Shown here: positions 26,735 through 37,456 of the stretch, in pieces
Layout: every line of letters begins with the position of its first letter
Numbering within the stretch: position 1 is the stretch's first letter
Origin: Candidatus Aminicenantes bacterium
Lineage (GTDB): Bacteria; Acidobacteriota; Aminicenantia; Aminicenantales; UBA4085
Reading direction: 5' to 3'
Assembly: GCA_963783665.1 (NCBI GenBank)
Contig: CAWANZ010000007.1
Span: 92,793 to 156,792, forward strand
Length of the DNA: 64,000 nt
Position numbers and translations under genes: made by a program
Notes under the pieces: model-generated
Databases searched by the model: none
Seen by the model: only the letters and a program-made list of their open reading frames with translations
Told to the model about the DNA's origin: nothing

Positions 26735-26938
26735 GGACTAGTGTCGCGTCTCGGAAATATCTTGTTAAATTCCAAGTCTTTCATGACGCGACGCCGCCGG
26801 GGGAGATTGAGGGGGGCGGCGACGCTCCCCTTAGGGGTTCAGCGAAGCGCCGAAGGGGGAGCTTGACTCCCCCTTGGAAGTGTCCCGTTTCCTCGATCAT
26901 CCTGGCAAAGAACTTATGAAACGGGACACTAGACGTCC
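26735..26938 (+). other. ~204-nt multi-hairpin element closed by a long-range stem (candidate structured RNA or MITE-like element)
   Basis: Closing helix ctagtgtc/gacactag. Internal stems: gtcgcgtc/gacgcgac, cgccgcc/ggcggcg, gctcccctt/aagggggagc and tgtcccgtttc/gaaacgggaca. The strand is unassigned. Confidence 0.4.
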
Positions 26939-26952
26939 TGGGCGATAGAGAA

Positions 26953-27216
26953 TCACTCGGAATCGGATGGCGGCGGCCCGGCTTCAGGCGCGGGCGACGG
27001 AGCGTTCTCCGGCTTCGGGAGCGCTTCGGCTCGCCGTCTCTTCCAGAGTCCGTAAAGGAGGGCCGCCGGGATTTGATAGACCGCGAATATCACGGGAGCC
27101 AGAATCCATCCCCAAATGTCCATCCGACGGGCGAACAGGAAAATGAAGCCCGCAAGCCCGGCAACGGAAAATCCGGCGGCAAACCAGGCTCCCAGATTTG
27201 AGGGTCGTTTGCCCAT
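26953..27216 (-). CDS. small two-TM membrane protein with Pro-rich tail, hypothetical
   Basis: 87-aa hydrophobic ORF 8 nt downstream of the HD-GYP gene. Confidence 0.45.
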   Translation of the reverse strand: MGKRPSNLGAWFAAGFSVAGLAGFIFLFARRMDIWGWILAPVIFAVYQIPAALLYGLWKRRRAEALPKPENAPSPAPEAGPPPSDSE

Positions 27217-27224
27217 CGAACGGA

Positions 27225-28574
27225 TTAATCGAAAACGAAGCTTTTTTCCAGGAACAGGCGGAGACAGGCGTCGACGACAATGGCGTCGTATTGAAGGCTC
27301 CGGCCGCGCTGGATTTCGGCGAGCGCTTTTTCGATGCCGGGGGCCGGCCGGTAGGGACGGTGCGAGGACATGGCCTCGACCACGTCGGCGACGCTGATGA
27401 TCCGGGATTCGAGAAGGATTTCATCTCCCTTGAGCTTGTTCGGGTACCCGGTCCCATCCTGGCGCTCATGGTGCTGGTAGACGATCTGGGAGATCGGCCA
27501 GGGGAACTCGATATTCTTGAGAATGTCGTATCCGACCTGGGAATGCGTCCGGATGATCGACATCTCGATCTCGCTGAGTTTTCCGGGCTTGCTCAGGATT
27601 TCCGCCGGAACATAGATTTTTCCGATGTCGTGAATATCACCGGCCATCTTGACGCCCTCAATCCGGGCGTCGTCGAGGCCCATTTCCTGAGGCGATGGCC
27701 GTGGACAGCTTGCTCACCCGGTGCTGGTGGCCGGCCGTGTAGGGATCCCGCATTTCGATGGTCAGGCCGATCGCCTGGATCGACCCGGCCAGGGCTTTCT
27801 GATGCCGGGCGTAGCTTTCCCGGAGCTCTTCCTCGGCCTTCTTTCGGCTCCGGATATCGCGGAAAATATAGACGCGGCCGAACGTCTCTTCCTTCTCGCC
27901 GTGGATCGGGGAGACCGATTGCTCGATGGGGATGGCCGTGCCGTCCCGGGTCGTCAGGATGCTTTCGTCGACCGTGATGACGGCCGGGCTTCTCCGGCCG
28001 CCGGCTTGCCCTGGACGGGGATTCGGAGGAAGCCGGCCAGGGGCTTTTCGAGGATTTCGGACTGGTTCCAGCCGGTCAGGGATTCGGCCACCCCGTTCAT
28101 GAAGGTCACCCGGTCGCTCTGGTCGGTGACGATGACCCCGTCGCCGATGGAGCGAAGGATCGTCGACAGCCAGCGCTCGCGCTCGCGGAGCTTCTTTTCC
28201 ATCTGGGCCTTGAAGAAGGCCATTTCGATCGTGGTCTGAAGCTCCCGCTCGTCGAACGGTTTAAGGATGTATCCGAACGGCTCGGTGACTTTGGCCCGCT
28301 GGAGGGTTGCCTCGTCGGCGTAAGCCGTGAGATAGACGACGGGCAGGGAGTAGTTTTCCCAGATGTACTGGGCGGCCTCGATCCCGTCGATCCGGCCTTT
28401 GAGGACGATATCCATGAGGATGATGTCGGGCCGGGTTTTCTCGGCGATGACGATCGCCTCTTCGCCCGTCGAGACGACGGCCGGGACGGAATAGCCGAGG
28501 CCCCGGACCATGTTGACGATGTCCTTGGCCACCAGGCTTTCGTCTTCGACAACCAGGATTTGCAGCTTTTTCAT
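27225..28574 (-). CDS. response regulator - PAS - HD-GYP (c-di-GMP phosphodiesterase type); two 1-nt frameshifts
   Basis: Receiver ([17 protein letters not shown]) and PAS ([16 protein letters not shown]...) lie in ORF 27954..28574. The middle part [22 protein letters not shown]...[16 protein letters not shown] is in a third frame. HD-GYP (HDIGKI...[11 protein letters not shown]) lies in ORF 27225..27683. Indels near 27975-27983 (-1) and 27681-27690 (+1). Confidence 0.85.
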
Positions 28575-28592
28575 TTCAAGCCTGAGCGTTCT

Positions 28593-29471
28593 TCAGCGTC
28601 TCGGCCAGGGCTTCCAGGGATTTTTGGAGCAGGCTTCCGGATCCTGGCCGGTCTGGTCGGTCATGGTCACGCCCGAAAAAACGATGACCGGGACGGCATG
28701 CCCTTCATGGTTGATGGGATCGTCGAAAATGCCCAGAATCCGGCGCTCGGCGATCTGGGACTGCTCCTCCGTCTCGAGATCGGGGAGGAGGATAATGAAT
28801 TCCCCGCTTTCAAGGCGGGCGAGGGTGTCGCTCTTGCGGAGGATGCGCATGAGCCGCTCGGTCACCGCCGGGACGATATCGATCGGTCCGAGCGGGACGC
28901 CGTCGACGGACGGCTCGGCCGGCAGGACGACGAAGGCCAGAAGGCCGACCCGCTTGTGGTGGCGGTCCCCGAGATAGATGGATTTGCTGAGGTGGTCGAG
29001 GAACAGGAACTTGTTCGGAAGGCCGGAGAGACGGTCGTGGATGGCCCAGAAAGCCGCCTGCCGCTCTTTTTCGTGTTTGTAGAAGGCGAGTTCGATGACG
29101 GTCTTGAGCTCCCGGAATTCAAACGGCTTGAGGAGGTAACCGAGGGGATCGGAGCTTTTTGCCCGCGAGAGAGTCAGGTCGTCGGCGTGAGCCGTCAGGT
29201 AGACGAAGGGGATGGCCCATTCTTCCTTGATGATGTTGGCGGCCTGGATTCCGTCGATCGGCCCTTTGAGCCGGATATCGAGGAGGATAAGGTCCGGAGC
29301 CCGATTACGGATGACGGCGAGGGCGTCCTCGGCCGATGAGACGATCGCCTGGACGTCGTACCCGAGCTCGATCAGCATATTGCTGATATCATGAGCAACG
29401 AGGAATTCGTCTTCGACAACGAGGATTCTGGCTTTGGCCACGACAGTCCTCCCGGAAGAATTGTATATCAC
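28593..29471 (-). CDS. response regulator with degenerate GGDEF domain (ESGEF)
   Basis: Receiver (ILVVEDE, LILLDIRL, KPF) plus a GGDEF-fold region in which the active-site GG[DE]EF reads ESGEF (LARLESGEFIILL). Confidence 0.8.
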   Translation of the reverse strand: MIYNSSGRTVVAKARILVVEDEFLVAHDISNMLIELGYDVQAIVSSAEDALAVIRNRAPDLILLDIRLKGPIDGIQAANIIKEEWAIPFVYLTAHADDLTLSRAKSSDPLGYLLKPFEFRELKTVIELAFYKHEKERQAAFWAIHDRLSGLPNKFLFLDHLSKSIYLGDRHHKRVGLLAFVVLPAEPSVDGVPLGPIDIVPAVTERLMRILRKSDTLARLESGEFIILLPDLETEEQSQIAERRILGIFDDPINHEGHAVPVIVFSGVTMTDQTGQDPEACSKNPWKPWPRR

Positions 29472-29577
29472 CCCGGGGGAAATAAGTCAAAGAAAGGAAT
29501 TCCGCCCCCGGCAATCCCCTTGACCGGCCCAAGGTCCGGCTTTATGATCCGGGGTGACGGCTTCCCGAGGAGGAATC

Positions 29578-30084
29578 ATGAACAAAGCGCTTTCGATCGT
29601 TCTGGCGGGCCTGTTTCTGGCGGCGGTTTCAGTTGTTCCGGCTTCGGCCCAGGCCGGTAAATCCGAAGACCGGGATCTGTTGGTCAAATCCCAGGTCGAA
29701 ACGGCCGTCAGCCTGCTCCAGGCCGTCTATGGGAAGCACCAGAAAGGCGAGTTGACGCTGGAAAAGGCCAAACTGTTGGGGGCCGACCTCCTCCGGGAGC
29801 TGCGGTACGGCGCGGACGGATATTTTTGGGCGGACACCACGGCCGGCGTCAACATCGTCCTCCACGGTCAGAAGGATACCGAAGGGCGGAACCGGCTGGC
29901 GGACAAGGATGCCAAAGGATTCGCTTACGTCAAGGCCTTCTTGGAAAAAGGCCTGGCCGGCGGCGGCTATGTCGACTACCTGTTCACGAAACTGGGAGAC
30001 ACCGCCCATTATCCGAAACGGTCCTACGTCAAGCACTTCGAACCGTTCGGCTGGGTGATCGGATCGGGATATTATTTGGAATAA
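29578..30084 (+). CDS. secreted Cache-like domain protein
   Basis: Signal peptide MNKALSIVLAGLFLAAVSVVPASA after GGAGG. The YFWADTT...GKNR... and PFGWVIGSGYY pattern resembles single-Cache sensor modules. Confidence 0.6.
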   Translation: MNKALSIVLAGLFLAAVSVVPASAQAGKSEDRDLLVKSQVETAVSLLQAVYGKHQKGELTLEKAKLLGADLLRELRYGADGYFWADTTAGVNIVLHGQKDTEGRNRLADKDAKGFAYVKAFLEKGLAGGGYVDYLFTKLGDTAHYPKRSYVKHFEPFGWVIGSGYYLE

Positions 30085-30136
30085 GCCGTGATGCGGCTCA
30101 CTCTCGCCGGATTCCTCCGTCTTTACTTTTTCCTGG

Positions 30137-30170
30137 GAACGGCCGAGGCATCCCTGGCCGTTCTCCTTTT
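30137..30170 (+). terminator. intrinsic terminator after the Cache gene
   Basis: gaacggcc-N11-ggccgttc stem followed by tccttttg. Confidence 0.5.
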
Positions 30171-30237
30171 GATGAAAACGGGAATTTCGGCGAAATAATT
30201 CCGATTTCGAATCTCCGATGATGAAAGGGAATGAAGA

Positions 30238-30870
30238 ATGGAATTCTACGAGACGGTTTCGAGGCGGCGGACGGTGCGTGAGTTCACCCCGGAACCGGTT
30301 CCCCGGGAATCGATCCGCCGGGTTTTGACGGCCGGACTTCAAGCTCCCTGCAACGCTCACCTCAAGAGCTGGCGGTTCCTCCTGCTGCGGGACAAGGAGA
30401 AAAGGGCCCGGGCCGTCGGCCAGGGATTGAAGGCCCGGGATATCAAAAGCCGGGAGGAGATCGAACGGTTCATTGCTCCTTTTGCCGATGAAGAGCTCAA
30501 ATCGGTTTATCGGCGCTCCCTGCCCGTTCAGCTGACAATGATGCTTGAGGCGCCGGAGCTTCTCGTCGTCTGCTACAGGATGAAGCCGCCGGCCGAATGC
30601 CGGGGCCTTTTCGACCTGAACCCCCTGGCTTCGGTCTGGATGTGCATCGAGAACGTCATGCTGGCCCTTTCGGCCGAAGGCTTGTTCGGGTGCACATACA
30701 CCCCCTACGACGGGAGCGGGCTTAAGGAATTCCTGAGTGTTCCGGAAGGCTTCGAAATCGCCGCGGTCATCCCGTTCGGGTTCCCCAAAAAGGAACTGAA
30801 GGAGCAAATCCCGGAAAAATTGGACGGGCGCCTGTCGATCGACAGCTGGGAAAATTCCGAGCCCTTCTGA
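30238..30870 (+). CDS. nitroreductase-family FMN oxidoreductase
   Basis: The motif RRTVREFTPEPVP near the N-terminus and the overall nitroreductase-fold pattern. Confidence 0.8.
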   Translation: MEFYETVSRRRTVREFTPEPVPRESIRRVLTAGLQAPCNAHLKSWRFLLLRDKEKRARAVGQGLKARDIKSREEIERFIAPFADEELKSVYRRSLPVQLTMMLEAPELLVVCYRMKPPAECRGLFDLNPLASVWMCIENVMLALSAEGLFGCTYTPYDGSGLKEFLSVPEGFEIAAVIPFGFPKKELKEQIPEKLDGRLSIDSWENSEPF

Positions 30871-30904
30871 GGATCCTTATTTGTTGTATAATCTGCCCGC
30901 TTGC

Positions 30905-30977
30905 GGGCGGTTAGCTCAGCGGTTAGAGCATCGGCTTTACACGCCGGTGGTCGCAGGTTCGAATCCTGCACCGCCCA
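30905..30977 (+). tRNA. tRNA-Val (anticodon TAC)
   Basis: Acceptor GGGCGGT/ACCGCCC, anticodon loop TTTACAC, T-loop GGTTCGAATCC. Confidence 0.9.
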
Positions 30978-30983
30978 GACCTG

Positions 30984-31095
30984 TTGAGAGGGAACCCTGG
31001 TGGGGTTCCCTCTCAACGCACCGGTTCTGCATCCTGCAGAACCGGTGCTGCTCACCCTCCAATGTAGCATTACTCCATGACCCTTCCTAGTGTGC
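30984..31095 (+). repeat. tRNA-trailer repeat, copy 2
   Basis: Same double-hairpin plus gctgctcaccctc...tccatgaccct module as 26325-26439. The first hairpin differs only in its loop. Related ccatgacYc modules recur near 31217 and 31318. Confidence 0.85.
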
Positions 31096-31511
31096 CGGAC
31101 ACCCACCACGATAACCGTTACTGGTATTTGGGTGGACTCGCTCTATCGCTCCAGCCCCGCATCTCCAGGGTCGACAGCGGGGATCTGTCGCTGCCCCTCT
31201 TCCAAGGTTGCATCTCTCCATGACCCTTCATAGGGTTGACACACCCATTGACTTCTGTTTCTGATCGATGAGAGAAGCTTTTGAATACGGTGCCGCCCGT
31301 AAGTCCAAGGTTGCATTCCTCCATGACTCGTGTCAGTCCGAGCCGGATGCTGAAGTTATTTTATTTGCTTGCAAATACTTATATTGGATATCGGTCCGGT
31401 TTGTGTCTTGTCAAGCAGGCCAGGGCATTTCCTGATTGACATAAACGCAAGCCCATGTTAAAGTTAGGCTCCCTTTTTGCGGAATCCGACTCCAATTCGA
31501 GGACTTACACA

Positions 31512-32042
31512 ATGTTCGCAGTTATTAAAACAGGCGGAAAGCAGTATGTCGTCAAGGAAGGCGACATGCTTCATGTCGAAAAGCTGGGAACCGGCGCCGG
31601 CGGTACGGTCCTCTTCGAAGAGGTCCTTCCTGATCGACGACGGCGAAAAAACGCTCGTCGGGACGCCGCTCGTTGCCAACGCGGTCGTCAAGGCGGCCGT
31701 CCTGGAGATCTTCCGGGATGATAAAGTGCTGGTTTTTAAGAAGAAACGCCGCAAACAGTTCCGCCGGACGCGGGGCCATCGTCAGACTCTGGCCAAAATC
31801 CAGATTCTGAAGGTCTTCCCGGATCGGACGACGGTGCCGGCCTCCGAGTTGGAAGTGACCCATGCCCCGGTCGTCGCCTCGACTCCCGCGGCTCCCAAAC
31901 CGAAAGTGAAAGTCGAAAAACCGCAAAGCCGGTCGAAGAAAAACCGGTTGCCAAGAAGACCGCGGCCGCCAAGGCCGCGAAACCCAAGAAGGCCGCCGAA
32001 ACCGCCAAGCCCAAAGCCCGGGCCAAGAAAGCGGAAAAGTAA
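31512..32042 (+). CDS. rplU: 50S ribosomal protein L21 with Lys/Ala/Pro-rich C-terminal extension; two frameshifts
   Basis: [18 protein letters not shown]... Extra C near 31627-31632, then [13 protein letters not shown]...[13 protein letters not shown] 1-nt deletion near 31915-31925. The tail ...[38 protein letters not shown] ends 12 nt before rpmA. Confidence 0.85.
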
Positions 32043-32054
32043 AGGAGACGATCG

Positions 32055-32309
32055 ATGGCGACAAAACGTGGAAGCGGCGTCGGGCGGAACGGCCGGGATA
32101 GTGCGGGCCGGCGGCTTGGAGTAAAAAAATCCGGCGGCCAGGTGGTCAAAGCCGGCTCGATTTTGGTTCGGCAGCGCGGCACACCGTTCAAACCCGGCCC
32201 CAATGTGGGCCGCGGGCAGGACGACACCCTTTACGCCAAAATCACCGGAGTTGTCCGGTTCACAGATAAAGGCGAGAGGGGCAAACTTGTTTCGGTCCAT
32301 CCGGCCTGA
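32055..32309 (+). CDS. rpmA: 50S ribosomal protein L27
   Basis: [29 protein letters not shown]... AGGAG RBS. Confidence 0.95.
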   Translation: MATKRGSGVGRNGRDSAGRRLGVKKSGGQVVKAGSILVRQRGTPFKPGPNVGRGQDDTLYAKITGVVRFTDKGERGKLVSVHPA

Positions 32310-32332
32310 ATCCGACACCGCTCAACTTCTAA

Positions 32333-33429
<1,097 letters not shown>

Positions 33430-33433
<4 letters not shown>

Positions 33434-34104
33434 CGCGTCCGTTGCGGATCGGCATTTTCGGGGGGACGTTCGATCCCATTCATTGCGGCCATCTCCGGGC
33501 GGCCGAAGAAGTCCGTTCGCGGCTTCGCCCTGGATCGCGTTCTGTTCGTTCCCTCCAAAACGCCCCCCACAAGCGGCGTCCCGGGATGGCTCCCGCGGCT
33601 GACCGCTTGGCGATGGTTCGGTCGGCCTTGCGGGGCCGGCCCGGTCTCGCGGCCAGCCGATTTGGAAGTCGCGTCGCCCCGGACGTCCTATTCCGTCTTC
33701 ACCCTGGCGAAAATCCGGAAGCTCTATCCCGGACGCCCGCCTCTTTTTCCTTCTCGGGGCGGATGCCTTTCTCGAAATCAAAACCTGGCGGGAATGGCGG
33801 CGGGTTCTCGACCAGTGCATGTTCATTGTCATGACCCGGCCGGGAGCGAGCCTTCGGGCTGCCCGGGCCGTTCTGGAACCGGAATGACCGGAACCGGATG
33901 GCCGCCGTTCGGAACGCGGCCGACGCCGAAGCCCGCCTCCGGGCCGGGCGGACCATTCTTTTTTTCCGGATCGAGGCCTTGCCAATTTCCTCCACGGACA
34001 TCCGGCGGTTGGTCCGGGACGGCCGGTCGATTGAGGGCCTTGTTCCCGGCGGCGTGGCCGCCCGGATCAAGTCGGCCAAACTTTATCAGGGACGGGAGAA
34101 ATGA
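33430..34104 (+). CDS. nadD: nicotinate-nucleotide adenylyltransferase; several frameshifts
   Basis: IGIFGGTFDPIHCGHL at the N-terminus and ISSTDIRRLV near the C-terminus. The intervening parts are in other frames. Confidence 0.8.
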
Positions 34105-34506
34105 TCAAAGCGACCAAAATCCAAGCCCAGATCCGCGTCGGCGGCGAAACCCAAAGCGCTCACCAAGCGGCAGCTGCCGCCCGGCGTCCGGACCGCGATC
34201 CAGGCCGCCCAGGACAAGAAAGCCGAAAACATCGTCGTCATCGACCTCCGGGCCGCGGCCTCGTTTACCGAATATTTTCTTCTCATGACCGGGATGAACT
34301 CCCGCCAAACGGCGGCTCTGGCCGAGACGATCGAACGCGATCTCAAGGCCGAAAACCTCCGGCCGATCGGAGTTGAAGGCGCCTCGCGTGGGGAATGGAT
34401 CCTGATGGACTATGGCTGGTTCATCGTTCATGTTTTCTCCCCGGCGGCCCGGGATTATTACGCCCTGGAAAAGCTCTGGGGCGACGCTCCGAGTCTGACG
34501 GTCTGA
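34101..34506 (+). CDS. rsfS: ribosome silencing factor RsfS (iojap); frameshifted
   Basis: The C-terminal 73 aa (MTGMNSRQTAALAETIERDLK...WILMDYGWFIVHVF...YYALEKLW) are typical RsfS. The N-terminal part is in another frame. Confidence 0.8.
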
Positions 34507-34533
34507 GCCGCCGGCTCCCGGAGCGAGGCGGGA

Positions 34534-35004
34534 ATGCGAGTCAGGGTTCTGTGGCCGGGGCGGACGAAATCCGAGGAGATCCGCCGGCTGGAGGCCTTTT
34601 ACCTGAAACGCATCACCGGCCTTCTGCCCTGCGAAATCGTCGAAACCGAAACCGTTCGCGGCCTGAACGAGAAGGATTCGGAAAAAATTTTGGAAATCGA
34701 AGCCCGGGGGCTTGAAAAACGGCTTGAAAGATGATTATATTGTCTGCCTCTTGGATAACGGGAGAGAGATGAATTCGAACGAATTCGCCCGGTTTATCGA
34801 AGGCCGAGGCGGTCTCGGGAACGAGATCGCTGGCTTTCGTCGTGGGCGGATTTCTGGGCTTGGCGCCCGCGGCTTCTGGAGCGGGCCGATCTCAAGCTTT
34901 CCCTGTCCCGGATGACGATGTCCCACGAGCTCTGCCGCGCGGTTCTGCTGGAGCAGATCTACCGCGGCGCATCACTCATGAAAGGAAGATCTTATGCCAA
35001 ATAA
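34534..35004 (+). CDS. rlmH: 23S rRNA (pseudouridine1915-N3)-methyltransferase RlmH; frameshifted
   Basis: [12 protein letters not shown]..., [18 protein letters not shown]..., LAFVVGG and [22 protein letters not shown] are reconstructed across frames. Confidence 0.8.
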
Positions 35005-35368
35005 AGGAAGCGTCGTGAATAAAAAAGAGCTGGACGTCGTCAAAAAAGATCTTCATGATCCGCCGGCACGAAATCATCACAAACTGAGCGAAGCCCAGGA
35101 TCAGAGCAAGATGATCGAGACGGACATCGCCCAGGACTTGGCCGATAAGGCCGAAAGCTCCTACACCAAGGAATTTCTCCTCAGCCTGTCCAATGCCGAG
35201 CGCGACGAGCTCCTTCAGATCGACGGCGCCTTGAAACGGGTCGCCAAGGGCGAATACGGCATTTGCCAGAGCTGTCAAAAGGAAATCGGCAAAAAGCGCC
35301 TCGCGGCGCTTCCCTGGACGCCTCTCTGCATCGATTGCCAGGAACAAAGCGAGTCCGAAACGGCCTGA
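34994..35368 (+). CDS. DksA/TraR-family C4 zinc-finger protein
   Basis: CQSCQKEI...CIDCQ zinc finger preceded by a coiled-coil. An alternative in-frame GTG start lies at 35015. Confidence 0.8.
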   Translation: MPNKGSVVNKKELDVVKKDLHDPPARNHHKLSEAQDQSKMIETDIAQDLADKAESSYTKEFLLSLSNAERDELLQIDGALKRVAKGEYGICQSCQKEIGKKRLAALPWTPLCIDCQEQSESETA

Positions 35369-35379
35369 TTTTGGCCTGG

Positions 35380-36111
35380 CCGCGTCCTCTCGCCGACCTC
35401 GGCCGACTTGGCCGGGCTGGTCTTTTTCCCCTCGTTCTGTCAAATCTTGCGGCGCGCTTCTCGAAAACCGGCGCGACCGGATTCTCTGCGCCGATTGCCT
35501 GGACCGGATCGAACCGCATCGACGTCGTCCTGCCTGTGTCTTGCGGAAGGTTTTTCGAAGGAGCGGGCGAGCCCCATGCCTGCGGCCGGTGCGCCGTCGC
35601 GGCGCCCTCTTTTAGCCGGCATCGATCGGCCGGCCGGTATCGGGGCGTCCTCAAGGACGCCGTGTTGCTCCTGAAATACCGGCGGTACCGGCCGCTGGCC
35701 GGCGTCTTGGGGGAGATGGCGTTACGAAACGCTAAAAAAGGACGAGGAATCTCTGGACCGGGATCGACCTGATCGTCCCGGTTCCTCTCCACAAAAGGCG
35801 CCGTCGGGAGCGAGGCTTCAATCAGGCCGAGGAAATCGGCCGGGAAATCGGGAGGCGGGCTGGAATCGCGTTCGCCCCCGACGCCCTTAAAAAAATCCGA
35901 AATACGCCTCCCCAAACATCTCTGGAACACCGGGAGCGGACGGAAAATGTCCGGGGGGCTTACGTCCTCGGCCGGAAAAACATCGTCAAGGGAAGGTCGT
36001 CCTTCTCGTCGACGACGTCTTCACGACCGGGTCGACCATTGGGGAATGCGCCCGGGTTCTTCGCCGGGGAGGCGCGGCCGAAATCCGGGGCTTACCGTCG
36101 CCCAGGCCTGA
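35380..36111 (+). CDS. comF: ComF-family protein (phosphoribosyltransferase domain); several frameshifts, start approximate
   Basis: Zn-finger region (HACGRC), YRGVLKDAVLLLKY, VPVPLHKRRRRERGFNQAEEI and the PRT motif VVLLVDDVFTTGST are found in different frames. Confidence 0.7.
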
Positions 36112-36144
36112 GGATAGTTCAAGTCCGCTTACTTTTGTCGTCTT

Positions 36145-36601
36145 TTATCCATCTTTTTCGGCTTTCAGGATCTTGACGGTCTTGGGTTTCAGCTCCTGCC
36201 TTTTAGGCATGACGACCCGCAGGACGCCGTTTTCATGCTCGGCCTGGATGTGTCCGGTGTCGACCGAGTTGGGGAGGGAGAACGCCCGAAAGAACGAGCC
36301 GTAGGACCGCTCGATCCGGTGGAAATTCTCTTCCTTGGTTTCCTTTTCGAATTTGCGTTCGCCTTTCAGCGACAGGGTGTTGTCCTCGATTTTGATTTCG
36401 ATGTCCTTTTCTTCGATCCCGGGCATTTCAGCGGTCAGGACAAGCTCGTTGGCCGTTTCGTAGATATCGACGGCCGGCGCCCAATTACTCGTCATCATGT
36501 CTTCTCCTTCCCTTCTGGGCCGGGAGAGTCCTCGAAGAGCCGGTTCATCTTTTCCCGAGTGTGACCACGTCCCGAAAGGGATCCCATCTGATGATAGCCA
36601 T
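36145..36601 (-). CDS. Hsp20/alpha-crystallin small heat-shock protein; N-terminal arm frameshifted twice
   Basis: The ACD is in ORF 36145..36498 (APAVDIYET...FSLP...GVLRVVMPK). The upstream pieces MAIIRWDPFRDVVTL and REKMNRLFEDS are in two other frames. They follow GGAGG-N6-ATG at 36601. Confidence 0.8.
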
Positions 36602-36761
36602 TAAAAACCTCCAATATGAAATCATTCGCCCTGACGGGCTTGTAATACAACAAAAATATAAGATCTAAGTGTCTATGTGTCAAGAATTATGAATAAAAAT
36701 ATTTAGATATATAAAAATAATATAAATAAAAGAATTATAACAATTTAATGATATTTAGCCG

Positions 36762-37441
36762 TTATTTTCCGGCGCCTTGGATAAGGACCGTGGCTTCGCC
36801 TTTAAGTTCCCGGCTCCGGCGATTTTGATGAGTTCCGCCGGCGTGCCCCGGAGGAATTCTTCGAAGATCTTCGTCATTTCCCGGGCGATGACGACCTGCC
36901 TGTCCGGGGAACAATTCTCTGGAGCGCTTCAAGGAACAAGGTCGATTTTCCGGGCGGGGAGGTAGAAAATAATCGTCCCCTCTTCTTCCTGAAGGGACCG
37001 AAGCGTTTTTTTCAGCGCTTCGCGCTTGGGAGGCGCGAATCCCATGAACAGAAACCGGTGGGTCGGAAGGCCGGATGCGGCCAGAGCCGCGGTCACGGCC
37101 GACGGACCGGGAATCGGGACGACCGGAAGGCCTTCCTTGACCGCCTCCCGAACCAGGCGGAAACCCGGATCGGAGATCCCCGGCGTTCCGGCATCCGTAA
37201 CCAGGGCGATCGAGCGGCCTTCTCTGAGGAGATTAAGAAGATGGGGGATGCGTTGGCCTTCGCGGGATTCGTAAAAGCTGATCAGCTTCTTTTTAATCTC
37301 ATAGCGGTTGAGGAGCTTGAGCGTCTGCCGCGTGTCTTCGCAGGCGACGAAGTCGACTTCCCGCAGAATCCGGACGGCCCGAAAGGTGATGTCTTCCAGG
37401 TTGCCGATCGGCGTCGAGACGAGATACAGCGTTCCGGCCAA
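36762..37441 (-). CDS. rsmI: 16S rRNA (cytidine1402-2'-O)-methyltransferase RsmI; frameshifted at the 3' end
   Basis: GTLYLVSTPIGNLEDIT...ACEDTR..., TDAGTPGISDPG. The C-terminal ...KGEATVLIQGAGK is in another frame. Confidence 0.85.
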
Positions 37442-37456
37442 AATGCGTCCATCGGC

